Origin: Candidatus Saccharimonadota bacterium | Lineage (GTDB): Bacteria > Patescibacteriota > Saccharimonadia > Saccharimonadales > JAXHNE01 | Length of the DNA: 64,000 bases | Direction: 5' to 3' | Assembly: GCA_034520885.1 (NCBI GenBank) | Contig: JAXHNE010000003.1 | Location: 22,073-86,072, forward strand | Shown here: positions 26,200 to 36,339 of the stretch, one piece after another | Layout: every line of letters begins with the position of its first letter | Position numbering within the stretch: the first letter of the stretch is position 1 | Translations under genes and position numbers: made by a program | The notes under the pieces: generated by a model | Databases searched by the model: none | What the model saw: the letters and a program-made list of their open reading frames with translations, nothing else | What the model was told of the DNA's origin: nothing

Positions 26200-27566
26200 A
26201 GCTATATAACACGCTTTCTCGGAAAATTGAGCAAGTAGCACCCCTAAGCGATAAAAGCTTATCACTCTACACCTGCGGTTTAACGGTGTATAGCCGGCCG
26301 CATATCGGCAACTGGGTGGCGTATATCTACTGGGACGTATTAGAACGCACGCTCCGCGCCGAAGGCTACGAGGTAAATCGCGTGCAAAATATAACCGACG
26401 TCGGGCATTTGGTCAGCGACGAGGACGAAGGCGAAGACAAATTGCAAAAAGGCGCCGACCGTGAAGGCGTGACCGCCTGGGAAATTGCCAAAAAGTACGC
26501 GCGAATTGCCGATAAAGAGGCCTTTGAGGAGCTCGGGTTGCGGCGTCCGGAGCATATGCCCAAAGCAACTGATTATATTAAACAGCAAATTGATTTCGTG
26601 CGCGAACTGGAAAACAAAGGGTTTACCTATCAAATTGAAGACGGTATTTACTTCGATACGAGCAAGCTTGACGATTATGGCAAGCTGGCCAAGTTGGATA
26701 TTGAGGGATTGCAAAGCGGTGCGCGGGTGGCGGACGCCGGCAAAAAAAACGTCACCGATTTTGCGCTGTGGAAGTTTTCGCCCCGGGATCAAAAGCGAGA
26801 CATGGAGTGGGACAGTCCTTGGGGCAAAGGTTTTCCCGGATGGCATTTGGAGTGCAGTGTCATGGCCCGGGAACTACTCGGCGATCAAATAAACATTCAC
26901 ACCGGCGGCGTCGACCATATTCCAGTGCACCACACCAATGAAATCGCCCAAACCGAAGCGCTTACGGGCAAGCAATTCTCACAGTTTTGGCTTCATGCCA
27001 ACCATATAAAAGTCGACGGCGCCAAAATGAGCAAATCGCTAGGGAATATCTACACTCTTGACGATATCAAAAACAAGGGATTTTCCCCGCAGGCTTTCAA
27101 ATTACTCGTGTTAAGCAAGCATTACCGCACGGAGGGAAACTTCACGTGGGACATACTGGAAGCCGCCCAAAATCGGCTCAACAACTGGCGAGCAATGTTT
27201 AATCGGCGTTGGCAGCTCGCGGTGTTGTCGAACGATCAGCCGGACATCTCCAGCGAAATTCTCGCAGCGTTACACAACGACATCGATACGCCGGCCGCGT
27301 TGGCCAGAATAGATACGTACTTTGACGACGTTGACAAGTCGCGGGCAATGCCCAACCGCGACACACTACTGACCATTCGGGATGTGCTTGGTATGGATTT
27401 GCTTGAATACGATATAACTGACGAGCAAAAGCAGCTTATCCAGCAGCGCCAAGAAGCCAAAGCCAAAAAAGAATTCGAGGCGGCGGATACGATCCGGGGC
27501 CAACTAGAAGAGCAGGGAATACTTTTAAAGGATACTCAGCACGGAACAATTTGGTCGCGAAAATAA
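26196..27566 (+). CDS. cysS: cysteine--tRNA ligase
   Basis: HIGN and KMSKS class I motifs; WHLECS zinc site. Confidence 0.95.
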   Translation: MKLYNTLSRKIEQVAPLSDKSLSLYTCGLTVYSRPHIGNWVAYIYWDVLERTLRAEGYEVNRVQNITDVGHLVSDEDEGEDKLQKGADREGVTAWEIAKKYARIADKEAFEELGLRRPEHMPKATDYIKQQIDFVRELENKGFTYQIEDGIYFDTSKLDDYGKLAKLDIEGLQSGARVADAGKKNVTDFALWKFSPRDQKRDMEWDSPWGKGFPGWHLECSVMARELLGDQINIHTGGVDHIPVHHTNEIAQTEALTGKQFSQFWLHANHIKVDGAKMSKSLGNIYTLDDIKNKGFSPQAFKLLVLSKHYRTEGNFTWDILEAAQNRLNNWRAMFNRRWQLAVLSNDQPDISSEILAALHNDIDTPAALARIDTYFDDVDKSRAMPNRDTLLTIRDVLGMDLLEYDITDEQKQLIQQRQEAKAKKEFEAADTIRGQLEEQGILLKDTQHGTIWSRK

Positions 27567-27571
27567 ATCGG

Positions 27572-28648
27572 CTAAGCTTCTTTGGTCTCGGACGGGTCGG
27601 GATAGCGATCCAAAATCCATACGCGAATACAGCCGGCAACCGGAATGGCCGCGAGCGCGCCCAGTAGTCCGCCAAAGCCGGCGCCCACGATAGCCGCCAC
27701 GAATACCGTCAACGGAGTGAGTTGATTGCTACGGGCTTGTATGTAAGGCTGCAAGGAAGCGTTTTCTACCTGCTGATAGACGATAAAGAACACGGCCATG
27801 ATCAACGCCAAGGTCGTAGAAGCGAATAAACTGAAAAGAACCACCAACGAGGCGGCCAAAATATTACCTATCAGCGGAATCAAGCCGAAGATAAACACAA
27901 TCGCGGCCATGGCCACCACGTTAACGTTGGCTCCCACAATGGAAGAGGCGATCAACAGCGCTATCAAGGCAAAGCTGGCGGCAATCGCGGCAATCAATAC
28001 TTGTCCGTTCACGTAGCCGGTGACTACTCCGTACATTTTTTGCAGCAGGTTCCGCCGCCGTTTTTGTTGTTTGGGATCCGTGTAATGAAACAGCTTATCG
28101 ATTGTCCCCGGGCCTTCGACTAGCATCATAAAGGTCAACACCAGTACCGTAATAATGGAGACTAACGTGCCACCTACCCGGCTGGCGGTATTCAGGACAT
28201 CACCACCCCCGAACTGGTTGCTAAAATCGCTGGCGGCTTGGTTGAGCCTTCCGTCCAGATCGTTTTCGCGAACGAACTCGGCCAGGGCGGTATCTTGCGC
28301 CTGAAACTCACGCACCGTTTGCGGGACGTTTTCTATGAACTGTGAGCTTTGGTTTACGAGCGGAGGTACAATCAACACCAAAAAACCGATCAAAATAGAA
28401 ATTACCGCCACGTAAGCTATGCCCGCCGCTTTTATACGGCTTTTGAGCTTCAAGCGTTTGGTGAACCAGGAAACGGCCGGGTTAAGCGCCATGGCCAAAA
28501 ACGCGGAGACTAAAATTAAACGAATCTGGTGGGTGACCTGGGAGGCGAACTCTAAAACCAGTACCGCCAAAATGGTATATACGATAGCCCGGATGATAGT
28601 GTCCGAACTGATGCTAATGGCGTGATCCGATCGTCTAAAAAATCCCAT
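27572..28648 (-). CDS. AI-2E family transporter (PerM-like)
   Basis: Polytopic; motifs IPLIGNILAA and AIPVAGCIRV are typical of UPF0118. Confidence 0.75.
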   Translation of the reverse strand: MGFFRRSDHAISISSDTIIRAIVYTILAVLVLEFASQVTHQIRLILVSAFLAMALNPAVSWFTKRLKLKSRIKAAGIAYVAVISILIGFLVLIVPPLVNQSSQFIENVPQTVREFQAQDTALAEFVRENDLDGRLNQAASDFSNQFGGGDVLNTASRVGGTLVSIITVLVLTFMMLVEGPGTIDKLFHYTDPKQQKRRRNLLQKMYGVVTGYVNGQVLIAAIAASFALIALLIASSIVGANVNVVAMAAIVFIFGLIPLIGNILAASLVVLFSLFASTTLALIMAVFFIVYQQVENASLQPYIQARSNQLTPLTVFVAAIVGAGFGGLLGALAAIPVAGCIRVWILDRYPDPSETKEA

Positions 28649-28671
28649 GGTATTTTATGCCTTCCATTATG

Positions 28672-29796
28672 CTAATCTTTGTCGTGTTTTGCAATTACTT
28701 CTTGATAAATTCGTTCGATGGATCGCGTAACTTTGGGGAGCGTAAAATCACGGACACGCTTTTGTTGCCACTGCCGTGATTTTTGGCGGTCTTTCGGAGT
28801 GGTTAAATAGTGAATAAGCAAGGCGGAGAATGTCTTTTTGTCACTCGGGTCAATTAAATGTTGTTCTCGGCCGTCCATAACGAAACGGTAGCCCGGGTTA
28901 TCGCCGGCTATCACTACTTCCGATCCCGCGGCCATGGCTTCAATGAGTACGATGCCAAAGCTTTCGCCCCCTGTACTGGGAAACACGGCGATGGTTGCCG
29001 TTTGCAGGTGACGGATCTTTTCGTCTTCCTTTACCCGCCCGGCAAACGTCACGATATCTTCCAAGTGGTGAGAGTTTACGAATCGCCACAGTTGTTTTTT
29101 GAGCGGTCCGTCCCCGCAAATGGTCACCTTGGTATCACGCAAGAAATCGCGATCGTGCATCCAAGCCAAAGCTTCCAGCAACTTGTGGCAGCCTTTCCGT
29201 TCCACTAAACGCCCCACGAATACGATACGTTTTTGTTTCGGCGTGTTTTTTAACGGTTTATAGCGTGAAACGTCAACCGGATTAGGAATGACCTTGGCCT
29301 TGATATTAAAAATGTCTTCAAAGCACTGCCTGGCCGGTTCGGAAACCGCGATAACCCGTGACATTGACCGTAATGTTGGTTTTTGCGCGGCGGCCAACAG
29401 CTTCAGGCCACGTTTTTCCAGTGAGCTCGCCGGCAGGATATGAAAAGTGCCAACGGTAGGGATGCCGAGTTTTTTCGCCCGGCTGAGTACGCGGCCGCCC
29501 AAAGACGGGCTGTAAGGCATTTGTATGTGTAAAATGTCGAATTTTTCACGGGTGAGTAATCGCTTTATCCTACGTGGCGGGGCTAACACCGGCATGGACA
29601 GGCGATTCTTGTTAAAGCTGACCTTTACGTTTCGTCCCAGACTGTGTATGTGCGGAATATCGGTTCTCTCGGATTGCCCTACGAGGTAATGAACTTCGTG
29701 GCCGTGTTTGCCAAGTTGACGGCCGAGCCCCAGGACGTATTGTTGTACGCCGTCCGTAGAATCCAGCGTATCGTCCAGTACGAAACCGATTTTCAT
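28672..29796 (-). CDS. family 4 glycosyltransferase
   Basis: GT-B signature GGESFGIVLIEAMAAGSEVV. Confidence 0.8.
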   Translation of the reverse strand: MKIGFVLDDTLDSTDGVQQYVLGLGRQLGKHGHEVHYLVGQSERTDIPHIHSLGRNVKVSFNKNRLSMPVLAPPRRIKRLLTREKFDILHIQMPYSPSLGGRVLSRAKKLGIPTVGTFHILPASSLEKRGLKLLAAAQKPTLRSMSRVIAVSEPARQCFEDIFNIKAKVIPNPVDVSRYKPLKNTPKQKRIVFVGRLVERKGCHKLLEALAWMHDRDFLRDTKVTICGDGPLKKQLWRFVNSHHLEDIVTFAGRVKEDEKIRHLQTATIAVFPSTGGESFGIVLIEAMAAGSEVVIAGDNPGYRFVMDGREQHLIDPSDKKTFSALLIHYLTTPKDRQKSRQWQQKRVRDFTLPKVTRSIERIYQEVIAKHDKD

Positions 29797-30956
29797 TCGT
29801 CAAGCAACCTTTGATAAAAGTCTTCGTAGTGGGACACTACTTCTTCGTAATCAAACCGTTTTACGTAAGTTTTCGCCCAGTTTTGCCAGGTGTCTCTTAA
29901 TTGCTCGTTTTCCGCGAACACCAACAAGCGGCGAGTGAACTCCTCAGTATCTTTGGGATTCACCACGGAAATGGCACCTAAATCTTGTAGCACACCGGTG
30001 TAACCCGGGTTGTTACCGGCAACGAGCGGCAGGCCGTAGGCCATGGCCTCCAAAAGCACGATTCCGAAACTTTCGCCATACATCGCCGGTGAACAAAACA
30101 CGCGCGACGTTTTAAAAAGCCGATCTTTCTCTTCCTCGCTCACGAATCCGGCGAAGTGCACGTCGTCGCTAATTTCCAGCTGCTGGCATAGTAGTTCGAG
30201 TTTGGGCCGGTCGGGGCCGTCGCCGGCAATGACCAACTTGGCATCCGGTAAGGAATCGACCAATCCGGCGAAAGCCTTAATAAGATACTTCACGCCTTTG
30301 CGCCGCTCCAAACGGCCAACGTACAAAAACGTGTTATGCCCGTTATCGCGTTTGCCCGTAAAGTTTTGCAAATGAATGCCATTGGGAATGATTTCAATCG
30401 GTTCGTCGGTGATTGAAGCCACGTACTCCGCCGCGGCGTCGGAAACGGCGGTGTAGCCGTCCAGGTAACTAATGATGGATTTGGTATAGGGCGTAATGAC
30501 TCGTTCGATGGTTTTGGACATCATGGTATCGGGTAATTTGGCATGAAAGGTCGCAACATTTTTGGCGGTGGAGCGGGAAAGTATCTGCCGGCTGACGATG
30601 GGCACCCACGGTTCGTGGAAATGCAAAATATCGAACCGTTCTTTTTCGAGCACACTTTCCATGGCCTTGGTGTTAATGCTGACCGAAATTTGTCCGACGG
30701 TCGCGAACGGCGATTTAAAGTCACGCGCGCGGCCGACGTAAATGACATCTTTCTCCTCCACGACGTTGTTTTGGCGGGGAAGCGGAGTAATGATTTTTAC
30801 CGCGTGGCCGCGTTTGGCCAGCCCGTCGCGCAAGGCGCGGACGCATTCTTGTACGCCACCACCTTTGGTCATGTTATAGGGGCAGACTAAGCCAATTCGC
30901 ATTGGATTCTTCATGATTACGTCCAGTATAACAGGTGCACGTTTTACTGGCTCCAT
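29793..30956 (-). CDS. family 4 glycosyltransferase
   Basis: YGESFGIVLLEAMAYGLPLV; an alternative start is at 30914 (MKNPMRIGLV). Confidence 0.8.
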   Translation of the reverse strand: MEPVKRAPVILDVIMKNPMRIGLVCPYNMTKGGGVQECVRALRDGLAKRGHAVKIITPLPRQNNVVEEKDVIYVGRARDFKSPFATVGQISVSINTKAMESVLEKERFDILHFHEPWVPIVSRQILSRSTAKNVATFHAKLPDTMMSKTIERVITPYTKSIISYLDGYTAVSDAAAEYVASITDEPIEIIPNGIHLQNFTGKRDNGHNTFLYVGRLERRKGVKYLIKAFAGLVDSLPDAKLVIAGDGPDRPKLELLCQQLEISDDVHFAGFVSEEEKDRLFKTSRVFCSPAMYGESFGIVLLEAMAYGLPLVAGNNPGYTGVLQDLGAISVVNPKDTEEFTRRLLVFAENEQLRDTWQNWAKTYVKRFDYEEVVSHYEDFYQRLLDE

Positions 30957-30962
30957 CCGGAG

Positions 30963-31934
30963 TTATTGTTTGGCCAGAATACGCCGCATTTTTTGCGGGA
31001 TAAACGCTGCCGCTTCCTTGGCTTCGGCGATTACCGAAGGCGCGTGAGCCGGCATGGTCGTCGGAATGACCGTAACTTTATCAAAAATCACGCCGAGGTG
31101 CTGCTTTACGATGTTGTTGTCGAAATAGCGGTCATCTTCCACGGCTACGTGATACACCTTAAGCGGCACCCGGCTATTACACAAGTCCACGGTAAGCATT
31201 TGTTTGCCGGTGTACATGTAGGTACGCACGTCATTACATTGCCACAAGGTTATTTCAAAGTTGACCCGGCGGCGTATTTCCGCGCTGTCGGCATTACGAA
31301 ACTTGGAATGGTTCTTTTCGGACATTTTGTAGGCGAGACGAATCATTGGCTTGGTAAGGAGCGTGCGCCGTACGAAACGGGCCGGCCACTTGCGCGAAAA
31401 CAACGATGCGCCGATTCTTAGTAACCAGTAATTGCTCCGTTTGAACTTAAAATCTTCGTGGTGGGAAAAGCCCACGATACTTACTAACGTATCCACTTTT
31501 TTAATGATGTCCGGGTGGCGCTGTAACATGCGGGTCACCACCAACGAGCCGAACGACATACCGGCAATGGTTACGCGGCGCCGTTTGTAACGGAGTTTCA
31601 CGAACGCGGCCAGGTAATCGGCCAGGTTATCCAGCGTGGGCTTTTCGCCGATGCTATAAAACGTATCCATGCCGCCAAAGCCGGGAAGATCGGGCATGGT
31701 AACCGCACCGTACTTGTTCATGTATTCCGCAAAGCCGAACATGCGCTCCAGGCTGCAGTGATGTCCGTACACCAGAAGTATTTGCCGTCGCTTGCCTTTC
31801 GGAGCCGGCATATGCAGCATGCGCCCGCGCAAGCCGTCCATATTCAAGGGTGAAATATAAGCACTGGCCTGACTATTATCAGTTTTCTTTTTCATCTTAA
31901 TACTTACTTTACGGTGTTGGCGTAGTTTGGGCAA
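30963..31934 (-). CDS. alpha/beta hydrolase
   Basis: Nucleophile elbow AGMSFGS; HG-type oxyanion region LLVYGHH. Confidence 0.6.
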   Translation of the reverse strand: MPKLRQHRKVSIKMKKKTDNSQASAYISPLNMDGLRGRMLHMPAPKGKRRQILLVYGHHCSLERMFGFAEYMNKYGAVTMPDLPGFGGMDTFYSIGEKPTLDNLADYLAAFVKLRYKRRRVTIAGMSFGSLVVTRMLQRHPDIIKKVDTLVSIVGFSHHEDFKFKRSNYWLLRIGASLFSRKWPARFVRRTLLTKPMIRLAYKMSEKNHSKFRNADSAEIRRRVNFEITLWQCNDVRTYMYTGKQMLTVDLCNSRVPLKVYHVAVEDDRYFDNNIVKQHLGVIFDKVTVIPTTMPAHAPSVIAEAKEAAAFIPQKMRRILAKQ

Positions 31935-31946
31935 GCAATAGCTCGT

Positions 31947-32831
31947 TTATTCGTAGAGCTGCAAAGTGCCTACCCAAATGAATTCCCATGGTTCCGGCCG
32001 TGGGCCTTGGCCGGACGCTTCTTCGGGGTAACCGGGTACCCAGCCATGTTGTTTGGCCGCTTTGAAATTATCCTTACTGATCCATTCGTAGCAGCTGGTG
32101 TTCTTGAATCCGTGCAGTCCAACGCCGTCACACGCCAGGTCAATGGTATAGCCGTTGTGGTGGCGCGAATAACCAGGAGGCGCGACCTCGTTCATGACCC
32201 GGTTAATCGCTTCGTCGGAATAGCCGTCCGCGACGCCGTTTTCGGTAATGCCAGCGTTGCGCATTCTGCTTAAGAACAAGCTGCGCTGAAGCTCGATAGA
32301 ACGATAGGCGGAGGTGATTTGCAGGGGCACGCCGGCTTTATCGGCGGCTTCGGACAATCCGTCCCATCCGATTTTGGCGTTTTGCTGCAGGAGGTCGTCG
32401 TCCGTCAAATATGGTTCATCAATTTTTACTATATTGGACACCGGCACGGCGCTGAGCACGTAGCCGCGTGCTTCGGCCAAACGCTGAATCCGATCGTCCG
32501 CCACTTCGTTCCCGGTAATCGCCGGAGCTTCGGTAAGCGGTTGCGTGTTGGGGTAGGCGAAGGAGGTGTAGAGCTCCTTAAACTGCTTATCACTGAATCT
32601 TTTCAAGCTCAATTGTTGGCTCGATGGCGGGGAGACCGATTGGGAGCTTTCGTCGGAGTCGCTTGGCGTACCGTTGGTGCCGGGCTTATGAACCAGTTCC
32701 TGCCCGTAAAACACGTAAGCTAGCACCCCGGCCGTAAGCAAAATCGGTATCAATAAAGTAGCCCGCGGGAGGTGTTTCTTCTTGCGTTTGTGCTTTATCT
32801 TATTAAATTGGTGTGGTTCAACGACGCGCAT
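31947..32831 (-). CDS. VanY/M15-family D-alanyl-D-alanine carboxypeptidase, membrane anchored
   Basis: SAYRS, PGYSRHHNGYTIDL and WEFIWVG motifs; N-terminal TM. Confidence 0.75.
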   Translation of the reverse strand: MRVVEPHQFNKIKHKRKKKHLPRATLLIPILLTAGVLAYVFYGQELVHKPGTNGTPSDSDESSQSVSPPSSQQLSLKRFSDKQFKELYTSFAYPNTQPLTEAPAITGNEVADDRIQRLAEARGYVLSAVPVSNIVKIDEPYLTDDDLLQQNAKIGWDGLSEAADKAGVPLQITSAYRSIELQRSLFLSRMRNAGITENGVADGYSDEAINRVMNEVAPPGYSRHHNGYTIDLACDGVGLHGFKNTSCYEWISKDNFKAAKQHGWVPGYPEEASGQGPRPEPWEFIWVGTLQLYE

Positions 32832-32949
32832 ATACTCGTTAGTATACCGTATGACGCTTGTGGATAACTCATTGACAAACTAAAAAACAGGAGCATAGTA
32901 GTTACCAGAGGCTTAAATTACAACAAAAACACTCTAGAAAAGAGGCGAA

Positions 32950-33453
32950 ATGACTACAATAGAAATCGGCAGCCTTGTCGAATTAAATCAATCTCAACGA
33001 GACAGTCGGGCTACCGGGCTTATCGACCCGCAAGAGTTTGAGTTTTTTGTCGAGGAAGACCCGGAAAAGGTTAAAGAGGCTCGTGAACTGTTCCAAACAA
33101 CACTGCACTCAGTCGGAAGAAGCGCCTTGTATCCCGTCTCTCGTCAACTTGTCAGTCTCCATGAATACTCCGAAGGGCCTCTGGACGCGACGATTGAAAG
33201 TTTTTCAATTCACACCGAGAGGAAAGGAAATGGAATCGTCCGCGAAAACCTATGTATGGTGACCACTAGTGAGGGTACGGGCTTTGAACATCATCAAGAT
33301 TTTGTCGTTCCGGGCAGAACACTCAAAGAACCCGCGGTTGGCGACCCTGAACTCGTACGACATTGGAGCGACATCCAGTGGAAAAAGTTTATGGAGATCG
33401 GAAAAACCGCCGTTCCGGTGCGTGGACGAACTCGCGCTCTCTCTGTTGCTTAA
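32950..33453 (+). CDS. hypothetical protein (167 aa)
   Basis: ORF with a GAAAAGAGG RBS; no motif recognised. Confidence 0.4.
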   Translation: MTTIEIGSLVELNQSQRDSRATGLIDPQEFEFFVEEDPEKVKEARELFQTTLHSVGRSALYPVSRQLVSLHEYSEGPLDATIESFSIHTERKGNGIVRENLCMVTTSEGTGFEHHQDFVVPGRTLKEPAVGDPELVRHWSDIQWKKFMEIGKTAVPVRGRTRALSVA

Positions 33454-33481
33454 AAGTGCCAATTACGTTAGAATCAATCTG

Positions 33482-35020
33482 TTAATTTACGGTTAATGGG
33501 GCGTGGCCAAGTGGTAAGGCACCAGTTTTTGGTACTGGCATTCGCAGGTTCGAATCCTGCCGCCCCAGCCAAGAAGGATTTTCAGATTTTTCAGACAGAA
33601 CGCGCCAGCGATCGCCAAAGGCGAGGCTGGCGTTTTTGTTGGTCAGGTGGCGGTTCGTTCCGATTTTTCCGACAAACGATTTGATTTCATCATAATCGTT
33701 TGAAACAGCCAGTTTTTCAGCGTGGTGAGCGTCTCGAACCCATTGTTTCAATGGTTCGATCCAATTGTTCCCCTTTTGCCCAAAATCGGCTTTCTTTTGT
33801 TTCAAAGCCAATTTCTGCTTGATAAGCTCGTCTTTCTTGGCGAGGTAAACTTGTTTTTCAATGTTGCCGTCCAAGAATTCATTGACGAGCTTGTCCAGCT
33901 TGGTTTCGGTGGCTTTGATGCGTTCTTCAAGATTTTGAGCAAAAGCCTGCGAAGACTGGCTATTTTCCTTTCCCCAGACATCAATCTGCGCCAGCATCTT
34001 TTCTTGCCAGTCTTCGCTGATAGCAACTTTTGAGATTAACGACTTTAACTGCTCCAGCAATTTATCATCTCGCACATAGCCCTGCGAGCAAGGCACAAGC
34101 CGTTTCGAACAGCGATAGTAGGCATAAGTCCCACCGTTGCCACGAGCATATTGCGCCGTGATTGCCGCACCGCACTCACCACAAGTAAAAAGTCCGGTAA
34201 ACGGAAAGTTATGACTACGCTTGCTCTTTCTCGGCTTGGCCTTGGTCTTTAACACCTTTTGCACTTTCTCAAAAGTTGCTATGGGAACAATTGGCGGAAA
34301 ATCGCCCTCGTATACTTCGCCATTTCGCTTGATAAGCCCGATATACACAGGATTTATTAGGGTCCTCTGCATCATCGATTGGCTAAGCGGTTTTCCGCTG
34401 GCGCTCACCACGCCCCAAAAACTCAGGCGCTGGCGCAGACTCTCCAGACTGTGTCTGCCATCAGAATATTCTTCAAAAGCTCGTTTGAGTATGCGAGCCT
34501 TCACAGAGTCAAGTTCAATGTTGTGTGTCTTGAGATTGTTGACATAACCAATGGGAGCTTTACCAGGCCACTCGCCGCGCCTGAGTTTTTGGCGAATCCC
34601 ACGCTTTACATTCTCCGACAGGTTGTCGGAGTAATATTTACTTTGTCCAAAGGCCACTTGGAGCATAAACAAGCCTTGCGGAGTTGGCTCAAACCAAAAG
34701 GTTGGAAAGCGCAAAGCAACAATTTTGCCAGTGTCTATGCTGTAAATGATCTGCCCGCCATCCATACTATTTCTAGCTAGTCGGTCAGGATGCCAGGCCA
34801 GTATCCCGACTGGCTGTTTACTCTCGTGTATTTTAGCGATCATTTCGTTAAAGACAGGTCGGCCTGGTTGCTTTGCGCTTCTGCTCTCGGTGAAAGTTTC
34901 GGCAATGGCGATATTCTCTCGCTTAGCAAAGTCCGCCAACTCCGCAAGCTGCGCCTCTATGCTCATAACCTGGCGTTCTTCGTCCTCGCTGGACTTTCTG
35001 GCATAGAGAAAATACTTCAT
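33482..35020 (-). CDS. large serine recombinase (true C-terminus uncertain)
   Basis: Catalytic N-terminus MKYFLYARKSSEDEERQ, recombinase domain, Zn-ribbon CGECG...YYRCS, then a coiled coil. The last roughly 55 codons are read from IR-A and antisense tRNA-Gln. Confidence 0.85.
   Translation of the reverse strand: MKYFLYARKSSEDEERQVMSIEAQLAELADFAKRENIAIAETFTESRSAKQPGRPVFNEMIAKIHESKQPVGILAWHPDRLARNSMDGGQIIYSIDTGKIVALRFPTFWFEPTPQGLFMLQVAFGQSKYYSDNLSENVKRGIRQKLRRGEWPGKAPIGYVNNLKTHNIELDSVKARILKRAFEEYSDGRHSLESLRQRLSFWGVVSASGKPLSQSMMQRTLINPVYIGLIKRNGEVYEGDFPPIVPIATFEKVQKVLKTKAKPRKSKRSHNFPFTGLFTCGECGAAITAQYARGNGGTYAYYRCSKRLVPCSQGYVRDDKLLEQLKSLISKVAISEDWQEKMLAQIDVWGKENSQSSQAFAQNLEERIKATETKLDKLVNEFLDGNIEKQVYLAKKDELIKQKLALKQKKADFGQKGNNWIEPLKQWVRDAHHAEKLAVSNDYDEIKSFVGKIGTNRHLTNKNASLAFGDRWRVLSEKSENPSWLGRQDSNLRMPVPKTGALPLGHAPLTVN
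33497..33571 (+). tRNA. trnQ: tRNA-Gln (anticodon TTG), CCA encoded
   Basis: TGGGGCGTGGCCAAGTGGTAAGGCACCAGTTTTTGGTACTGGCATTCGCAGGTTCGAATCCTGCCGCCCCAGCCA. Anticodon stem CCAGT/ACTGG with loop TTTTGGT, T-arm GCAGG-TTCGAAT-CCTGC. Confidence 0.9.
33566..33657. repeat. IR-A left arm (92 bp)
   Basis: Perfect reverse complement of 35139-35230 by hand comparison; includes the last 6 nt of tRNA-Gln. Confidence 0.9.
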
Positions 35021-35138
35021 TTGTTTATGCTCCTAGTCCGTAAAGCGTGGGGTTAAAAACTGTCTGTTTAGTGTCGCTTGCGACGCTTTGGAAAAATCGG
35101 AATACAAAAACTTGTTTTTGTGCGTTGCCCGGCAACGC

Positions 35139-35230
35139 CGAACCGCCACCTGACCAACAAAAACGCCAGCCTCGCCTTTGGCGATCGCTGGCGCGTTCTG
35201 TCTGAAAAATCTGAAAATCCTTCTTGGCTG
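35139..35230. repeat. IR-A right arm (92 bp)
   Basis: Reverse complement of 33566-33657. It is an inverted copy of the recombinase 3' end placed upstream of the recombinase start. Confidence 0.9.
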
Positions 35231-35404
35231 CAGTTGTTGAATGAAGCTCGAACCCTGTTCGAGCGAGATAATTAAATCCCGCCCTGCGGCTCCGCCCGCT
35301 GGCATAGCCAGCGGCCCAAACCAAAAGATTTTTCTTCATGATTGTTTTGAATTTCGGCGGGTGGTTTTTTCTTTTTAATTGAATTCGAAAAATATTTTGG
35401 TTTG
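35225..35404. repeat. IR-B left arm (180 bp)
   Basis: Perfect reverse complement of 39099-39278; its outer end TGGCTG overlaps the IR-A right arm. Confidence 0.9.
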
Positions 35405-35507
35405 ACGAGCCGACCTTACAATAGTCCCATTCTTCTGGTAACATTGTAATGTAGTTTGAGGCCAATTTTCTCATTCCACCCATACAATTTAATGTTACTA
35501 TTTCAAT

Positions 35508-35699
35508 ATGATTAAATCAACTAAAATAAAGCAATTACGAGAAGATTTAGGGCTATCACGAGAAAAGCTAGCTCGACTGGCGGATGTTTCTAATAATACT
35601 CTCATCAACATAGAGTCTGGCAAACAACAAAATCCAACTATTGAAACTATGAAAAAAATAGCAAAAGCGCTTAATGTGTCGATTGAGGAGTTAGTTTAA
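35508..35699 (+). CDS. XRE-family helix-turn-helix transcriptional regulator (63 aa)
   Basis: IKQLREDLGLSREKLARLADVSNNTLINIESGKQQNPTIETMKKIAKALNVSIEEL is a typical HTH_3 sequence. Confidence 0.8.
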   Translation: MIKSTKIKQLREDLGLSREKLARLADVSNNTLINIESGKQQNPTIETMKKIAKALNVSIEELV

Positions 35700-35701
35700 T
35701 T

Positions 35702-36337
35702 ATGAAATTCGATTCACAAAAAACAATAGAGCAACTTGTGGACTATCTCATGCCAGAGTTAACGCCGTATGAGGTGGCGATGTATATACTGCTGTTCCGC
35801 AACACATATTTAAGGAGTGCAAAATCCGAAATACGAATAGGAAAAAGAACAATAGCTGATCTTTATGGTAAAGGCTCGCGTGGAGAAAAAACGAATTATG
35901 CACATGTAACAAAGCTCGTGAAGGGGCTCCAATCAAAAGATTGCATCCACATTGGCGATACAAACCGAGACGGTACCCTATATACGATATTTCTCCCAAG
36001 TGAAATACCACTGGTGAAGGAAAAATTATCCATTACTGCAGATCCAGCAGAAGAAGATTACTATACTGATCCTGAAAAAAGAAAAGAAATACTTGAAAGG
36101 GATAACTATACCTGCCACTACTGTGGTGAGAAAGTGACCGAAGATAATGCAACATTGGATCATCTATTTCCACAACATAAAGGCGGCAAACACGGAAAAG
36201 ACAACCTAAAGACAAGTTGTTTGATTTGCAATAGTATTAAGTCTGGCAAGACCTATGAAGAAGCTGCTCCACACCTGTTAAAAAGCATTCAAGATAGAAG
36301 ACAAAAACAAGTCGATCGAACAAAGTCTGGAAAGTAA
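35702..36337 (+). CDS. HNH endonuclease with N-terminal winged-helix-like domain (211 aa)
   Basis: CHYCGEKV...DHLFPQHKGGKHGKDNLKTSCLICNSIK (HNH, Cys4 type). Starts 2 nt after the HTH stop. Confidence 0.8.
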   Translation: MKFDSQKTIEQLVDYLMPELTPYEVAMYILLFRNTYLRSAKSEIRIGKRTIADLYGKGSRGEKTNYAHVTKLVKGLQSKDCIHIGDTNRDGTLYTIFLPSEIPLVKEKLSITADPAEEDYYTDPEKRKEILERDNYTCHYCGEKVTEDNATLDHLFPQHKGGKHGKDNLKTSCLICNSIKSGKTYEEAAPHLLKSIQDRRQKQVDRTKSGK

Positions 36338-36339
36338 TA

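Noticed and set aside
35025-35483. A 152-aa minus-strand ORF, and the 39062-39289 ORF sharing MKKNLLVWAAGYASGRSRRAGFNYLARTGFELHSTTAA.
   Set aside because: Both are read-through of the inverted-repeat arms IR-A and IR-B. Their identity is explained by the DNA repeat, and neither has an RBS or known motif.
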